DNA of 64,000 bases from NCBI GenBank assembly GCA_964350735.1, contig CAYGKO010000004.1, forward strand, positions 19,583 through 83,582, in the 5' to 3' direction. Position 1 is the stretch's first letter. Every line of letters starts with the position of its first letter. This DNA comes from an uncultured Candidatus Saccharibacteria bacterium. Its GTDB lineage: Bacteria; Patescibacteriota; Minisyncoccia; Phycocordibacterales; UBA918. The position numbers were made by a program, and so were the translations under genes. This document shows positions 59,981-64,000 of the stretch, in pieces. The notes beneath the pieces are model-generated. The model ran no database searches, was not told where the DNA came from, and saw only the letters and a program-made list of their open reading frames with translations.

Positions 59981-61270
59981 TTACTGCGCAGAGATCGTTT
60001 CCTTGTTCATGTACTTTTGCAGCGGCTCTGGCACCTTCACTGTCCCATCAGCTTGCTGGAAGTTCTCTATCAGTGACACCAAAATGCGTGGCGTCGGGAT
60101 AGCTGTACAGTTCAGCGAGTGGGCGTACTTCAGCTTCCCTTCACTATCTCGATAGCGGATGTTGAACCGGCGAGTTTGGAAGTCATGGAAGTAGCTGGCT
60201 GAGCTGATCTCGCGGTACTTCTTCTCAAGTGGTACCCACAGCTCAATATCGTACTTTTTCACCTGTCCTTGACCAAGATCGCCGCCACAGTTCAACACGG
60301 TGTGGTACGGAATCCCTAAACTCTCAATAAAATCTTCCGTATTGCGGTTGATCTCCTCGTGCCACTTCACACTTTCTTCGTGTGACGCTTCGCACAATAC
60401 CACTTGCTCTACTTTATAAAATTCATGTACTCGAATCAGCCCTTTCGTATCCTTGCCATGGCTACCTGCTTCGCGCCGGTAGCACGGTGAGAATGAAAGA
60501 TGCTTCTTTGGAAACTCCGACTCTTCAAGCACTTCATCGGCGTAGTACCCCATGGTCGACACTTCACTGGTGCCAATTAAATAATCTTCGTCTTGCGTGT
60601 GGTACACATCTTCCGCTTCGTTTGGTAAGTGGCCGGTGCCGTAGAGATTGGCCTTGCGCACAATCGTCGGTGGCAACATCGGGTCAAAGCCCTTGGCCAT
60701 AAAGAATTCCTGCGCGTAGTTCCAGATCGCCCAACTCAGTCGCGCACCATCTCCCATTAAGTAATACCCGCGAAAGCCATGTACTTTCGTCCCTCGCTCG
60801 AAATCAGCCATACCAAGCTTGGTCATAATCTCAATGTGGTCTTTGGGGGTGAAATCAAAGTGCGCATCGTGACCTTTGTAGCCCTCTGGTTCCCAAGTCT
60901 TGATCTCCACGTTATCAGCATCGCTATCACCATCAGGCACTGACATATCCGGCACGTTGGGCACTTGTAGCATCAGGGCGTGCCACTCTTCCATCACTGG
61001 TTTAACCTTCTCTTCATCAGCCTGGATCTCAGCTTTAAGGTCCTGCATCTCGGTAATGAGCTGCTGCTTCCGGACCGGATCTTGCGCAGCGCTCACAATA
61101 TCGGCTGACACCCGGTTTTGCTCAGCTTTCTTCGTCTCCACGACAGACATCAGCTCGCGGCGCGAATCATCCACCGCCATTAAGCGATCGAGGTCAATCT
61201 CGATTTTCTTTTTAGTCGCCGCCATCTTTACAATGTCGAGATTCTCACGGATGAATTTGATGTCTAACAC
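59981..61270 (-). CDS. serS: Serine--tRNA ligase
   Basis: MLDIKFIREN, GTSEV, CYRREAGSHGKDTKGLIRVHEF, EISSAS, ENFQQADG. Confidence 0.98.
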   Translation of the reverse strand: MLDIKFIRENLDIVKMAATKKKIEIDLDRLMAVDDSRRELMSVVETKKAEQNRVSADIVSAAQDPVRKQQLITEMQDLKAEIQADEEKVKPVMEEWHALMLQVPNVPDMSVPDGDSDADNVEIKTWEPEGYKGHDAHFDFTPKDHIEIMTKLGMADFERGTKVHGFRGYYLMGDGARLSWAIWNYAQEFFMAKGFDPMLPPTIVRKANLYGTGHLPNEAEDVYHTQDEDYLIGTSEVSTMGYYADEVLEESEFPKKHLSFSPCYRREAGSHGKDTKGLIRVHEFYKVEQVVLCEASHEESVKWHEEINRNTEDFIESLGIPYHTVLNCGGDLGQGQVKKYDIELWVPLEKKYREISSASYFHDFQTRRFNIRYRDSEGKLKYAHSLNCTAIPTPRILVSLIENFQQADGTVKVPEPLQKYMNKETISAQ

Positions 61271-61330
61271 AAGTCAGTATCGGTTATATAGATAATAGTA
61301 GATTATACCTTACCTGGTTTTTGAGAAAAG

Positions 61331-61408
61331 GAAAACCGTCGCGGATAGGCGGCGAGGTTTCCTCCGGACTTTCGTCCGAACCTCGCCGCCTCCTACGACG
61401 GAATTTTC
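61331..61408. terminator. Long GC-rich imperfect hairpin
   Basis: AGGCGGCGAGGTT...AACCTCGCCGCCT with inner CGGAC-TTTC-GTCCG and outer CCGTCG/CGACGG. Confidence 0.55.
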
Positions 61409-61410
61409 AT

Positions 61411-61812
61411 CTACACCAACACAACGGCCTTAGGCGGATACACAGACGTCCACAGTGCCGTCATTTGCGATAAAGCTTGCCGGAAATCAGCCAGTTTGGC
61501 AGCATAGCCGAGGCCAGGTATTCCCAACTGATCACTGGCAACCAACCTCATTATGGCCGTTAGAAATGGCAAATCTTCACGCCGGTCACCGATGTCTGTT
61601 GGGCAATGCAGAGGATTCCACCCCATAGTGAGACCAATTTTACTTCTTAGATCTCTGTTGTTGAGGCTGATATAAACCGTCTCATGGGGACTCTGAAACT
61701 CCATGATCGCCTGAATCGCCTGAGAAACAAGCCTTTCAAAACGATCTTCGGCTTCACGCCGAAGTCGCTCGCTTCGTTCCCACGGATATTCGTCTCCATC
61801 GTAATTTGACAT
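61411..61812 (-). CDS. Hypothetical protein
   Basis: ORF with GGAGG 4 nt before ATG 61812. Confidence 0.55.
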   Translation of the reverse strand: MSNYDGDEYPWERSERLRREAEDRFERLVSQAIQAIMEFQSPHETVYISLNNRDLRSKIGLTMGWNPLHCPTDIGDRREDLPFLTAIMRLVASDQLGIPGLGYAAKLADFRQALSQMTALWTSVYPPKAVVLV

Positions 61813-61904
61813 CTCGCCTCCGTTTCTCACCCAAGATGTAGGGCACTTTGAACAATAGCTCTCTCTCTGTTATTTTGCATGCAGCAACATGCTAAAATTT
61901 TTAT

Positions 61905-62768
61905 ATGCCCTTTCCCATTCGAGAACTACCAGCTGCGAAGCACTCTCCGCTCTTGCGGGAAATTCCGCAGCCGCCTACTGCACTCAATTATCGTGGTGCC
62001 CTACCTGATCCAGACCTTAAACTTCTCGCCGTCGTCGGTAGTCGCAAATACACCAGCTACGGTAAAGACGCCGTGCAACATCTGATCGGTGGCCTCAAAG
62101 GCTACCCGGTTGGGATTGTCTCTGGCCTGGCGCTCGGGATCGACAGCTTGGCGCACCAGACGGCGCTCGACAATAATCTCTATACCCTCGCCATTCCGGG
62201 CGGTGGGCTCGACGACTCAGTCATCTACCCCGCCACGCACAAACGCCTAGCCCAAAATATTCTCGACGCTGGTGGCGGGCTACTGTCAGAATTCGCCCCT
62301 GACTTTCGTGCTACCAAGTGGTCGTTCACCCAACGCAACCGCCTCGTCTGCGGTATGTGTCACGCCACGCTATTAATAGAAGCCGCCGAGAAATCCGGCA
62401 CCCTCATCACCGCGCGCTTGGCCACTGACTACAATCGAGAAGTACTGGTCGTCCCCGGCAGTATCTTCTCGAAGAATTCTGCCGGCACCCATCAGTTCCT
62501 CAAGCTCGGCGCGACACCCGTCACTGATGCGAGCGACATCCTCGCTGCTTTACAGATCAGTGACGCCGAACCAGTCACTAAGCCTCTCCTGCCTGACCTC
62601 ACCCCTGAAGAAGCACGTGTACTCACCATTCTCCACGAACCCACGCCGCGTGACGAACTCATCCGCCAGCTTGAGCTCCCTACTCCAGAAGCTGCAGCTC
62701 TTTTAATGCAGATGGAAATAAAAGACCTAATAGTAGAGAGCGGAAATAGCTACCGAATCAAAACATAG
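61905..62768 (+). CDS. dprA: DNA-processing protein DprA
   Basis: AVVGSRK, IVSGLALGID, RNRLV, EAAEKSGTLITA, VPG, C-terminal winged helix. Confidence 0.96.
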   Translation: MPFPIRELPAAKHSPLLREIPQPPTALNYRGALPDPDLKLLAVVGSRKYTSYGKDAVQHLIGGLKGYPVGIVSGLALGIDSLAHQTALDNNLYTLAIPGGGLDDSVIYPATHKRLAQNILDAGGGLLSEFAPDFRATKWSFTQRNRLVCGMCHATLLIEAAEKSGTLITARLATDYNREVLVVPGSIFSKNSAGTHQFLKLGATPVTDASDILAALQISDAEPVTKPLLPDLTPEEARVLTILHEPTPRDELIRQLELPTPEAAALLMQMEIKDLIVESGNSYRIKT

Positions 62769-62823
62769 TCAACAAAAAACCACATCCAACCAAACAGTGG
62801 TCGCGCATTCATGTCAGTACGTT

Positions 62824-62855
62824 ATAATTTAGTACTGTTAACAGTACTAAATTAT
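62824..62855. promoter_or_regulatory. 32-bp perfect palindrome, candidate operator
   Basis: ATAATTTAGTACTGTTAACAGTACTAAATTAT, overlapping TATAAT (62823..62828) and the ATG at 62854. Confidence 0.75.
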
Positions 62856-63252
62856 GACAAACACCACTCGAAAAAAAATTCACTCCGCTGAATTCAAAAC
62901 TGCGGAGCAGCTCTTGAGTAAGCTAATTAGTGCGAACCAAACGAGCGCACAATACTTTTTAAATGATTTCTTAACTGATGCAGAAAAAATCATGCTGATA
63001 AAACGCTTTGCTTCTGTATGGATGTTTGCAGAAGGATATTCTCAATACGATGTTTGGAATACGTTATTCATTAGCCCAACTACTGCTCAGCGTATCTATC
63101 GGGACTGGAGCAGTGGCCGATACCAGGCCTTTGTAAAAAATACTCAATCAAAAAATCGAGATTCCATCTTGGCACTTATCCAGGACTTCATTACCGCTCA
63201 AGCCGACTCGAAAGCTCGAGCCCGCCTATTGGCACGAGCTATAGGAAATTAG
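62854..63252 (+). CDS. TrpR/YerC-YecD-like repressor
   Basis: FLTDAEKIMLIKR......EGYSQYDVWNTLFISPTTAQRI fits the Trp-repressor HTH pattern. Confidence 0.75.
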   Translation: MTNTTRKKIHSAEFKTAEQLLSKLISANQTSAQYFLNDFLTDAEKIMLIKRFASVWMFAEGYSQYDVWNTLFISPTTAQRIYRDWSSGRYQAFVKNTQSKNRDSILALIQDFITAQADSKARARLLARAIGN

Positions 63253-63273
63253 TACTGTTAACAGTACTAATTT
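63246..63273. promoter_or_regulatory. 28-bp perfect palindrome, candidate operator
   Basis: AAATTAGTACTGTTAACAGTACTAATTT, overlapping the stop codon and TTGACA (63272..63277) upstream of topA. Confidence 0.75.
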
Positions 63274-63324
63274 GACAAGTTTTTAGTTTCCTAGTATTAG
63301 TGTGTGCTACATTTATAGAAATTC

Positions 63325-64000
63325 ATGGCAAAAACAGCAATCAAAAATACGCTCGTGATCGTAGAGTCACCGGCCAAAGCAAAAACAATCGAAAAATACC
63401 TCGGCCCCGGCTATAAGGTAAAATCTTCGGTTGGTCATGTCCGAGACTTACCTAAAACCAATAAAGACGCCGTCGATATCGACGGCGGCTTTGTGCCGCG
63501 GTATATCGTCTCTCCCGGGAAAGAAGCCGTCATCAAAGATCTCCAGATTGCAGCTGCCAAAGCTGATCAGATCCTACTCGCATCTGACCCCGACCGAGAA
63601 GGCGAAGCGATTGCTTGGCACGTAGCCGAACTGCTAAAAGACGTCAACAAGAACCAAAAACGGATCGTTTTTCATGAAATCACTGAGCCAGCCGTCAAAG
63701 CCGCGATCGAAAAACCCCGCAAGATCAATATGCACCTCAAAGAAGCACAGGAAGCCAGGCGCGTACTCGACCGTCTCGTCGGTTACGATCTCTCTGGCTT
63801 GATCTGGAAAAAAGTCCGTTATGGTCTGTCAGCTGGTCGCGTACAATCTCCAGCCCTGCGTATCATTATGGAGCGAGAACGAGAAATTCGCGCCTTTATC
63901 CCTGATGACTACTTTGTTCTCACAGCACATAGTACTATCAGCAAAGCTGCCGTGCCATTTACCTGTACTGAAGAACCGGGAGAAGAAAAAGAAGCGATGC
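63325..64000 (+). CDS. topA: DNA topoisomerase I, 5' part, runs off the window
   Basis: Hand translation: LVIVESPAKAKTIEKYLG, SSVGHVRDLP, LASDPDREGEAIAWH, SAGRVQS. Confidence 0.97.
   Translation, partial: MAKTAIKNTLVIVESPAKAKTIEKYLGPGYKVKSSVGHVRDLPKTNKDAVDIDGGFVPRYIVSPGKEAVIKDLQIAAAKADQILLASDPDREGEAIAWHVAELLKDVNKNQKRIVFHEITEPAVKAAIEKPRKINMHLKEAQEARRVLDRLVGYDLSGLIWKKVRYGLSAGRVQSPALRIIMEREREIRAFIPDDYFVLTAHSTISKAAVPFTCTEEPGEEKEAM

Noticed and set aside
61280-61408. Hairpin upstream of serS as a T-box riboswitch
   Set aside because: No T-box consensus or specifier stem seen. It fits better as the terminator of the upstream orphan gene.
62824-63273. Palindromic repeats as a CRISPR array
   Set aside because: Only two copies, about 400 bp apart with a gene between them, and no cas genes.

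Overview
64 kb of chromosomal DNA from a small-genome bacterium. It is most likely Patescibacteria/CPR (Parcubacteria-like); this is inferred from truncated housekeeping proteins, many leaderless genes, many orphan membrane or secreted proteins and the absence of biosynthetic operons. Recognisable genes include groES/groEL, secG, rnj, mutY, lemA/htpX, cfa, dsbA, rlmB, dgkA, pyk, dnaX, dus, an ftsQ-like gene, serS, dprA and a partial topA. RNA genes are tRNA-Ser(GGA), tRNA-Gln(CTG) and a circularly permuted two-piece tmRNA. No CRISPR array, rRNA, transposase or integrase was seen. Most notable observations: (1) a structured ~175-bp non-coding element behind both tRNA genes, and possibly groEL, that carries an antisense and a second sense copy of the host gene's own 3' end around a conserved, covarying core; (2) a DUF1704/MATCAP-like metallopeptidase head-to-head with three tandem stand-alone ATP-grasp ligases; (3) a TrpR-like gene between dprA and topA bracketed by two perfect palindromes resembling the trp operator; (4) a glycerate kinase-enolase fusion in an operon with a barrel-only pyruvate kinase; (5) a permuted tmRNA with an unusually long predicted tag. 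All protein calls come from motif recognition by eye; no database searches were run.
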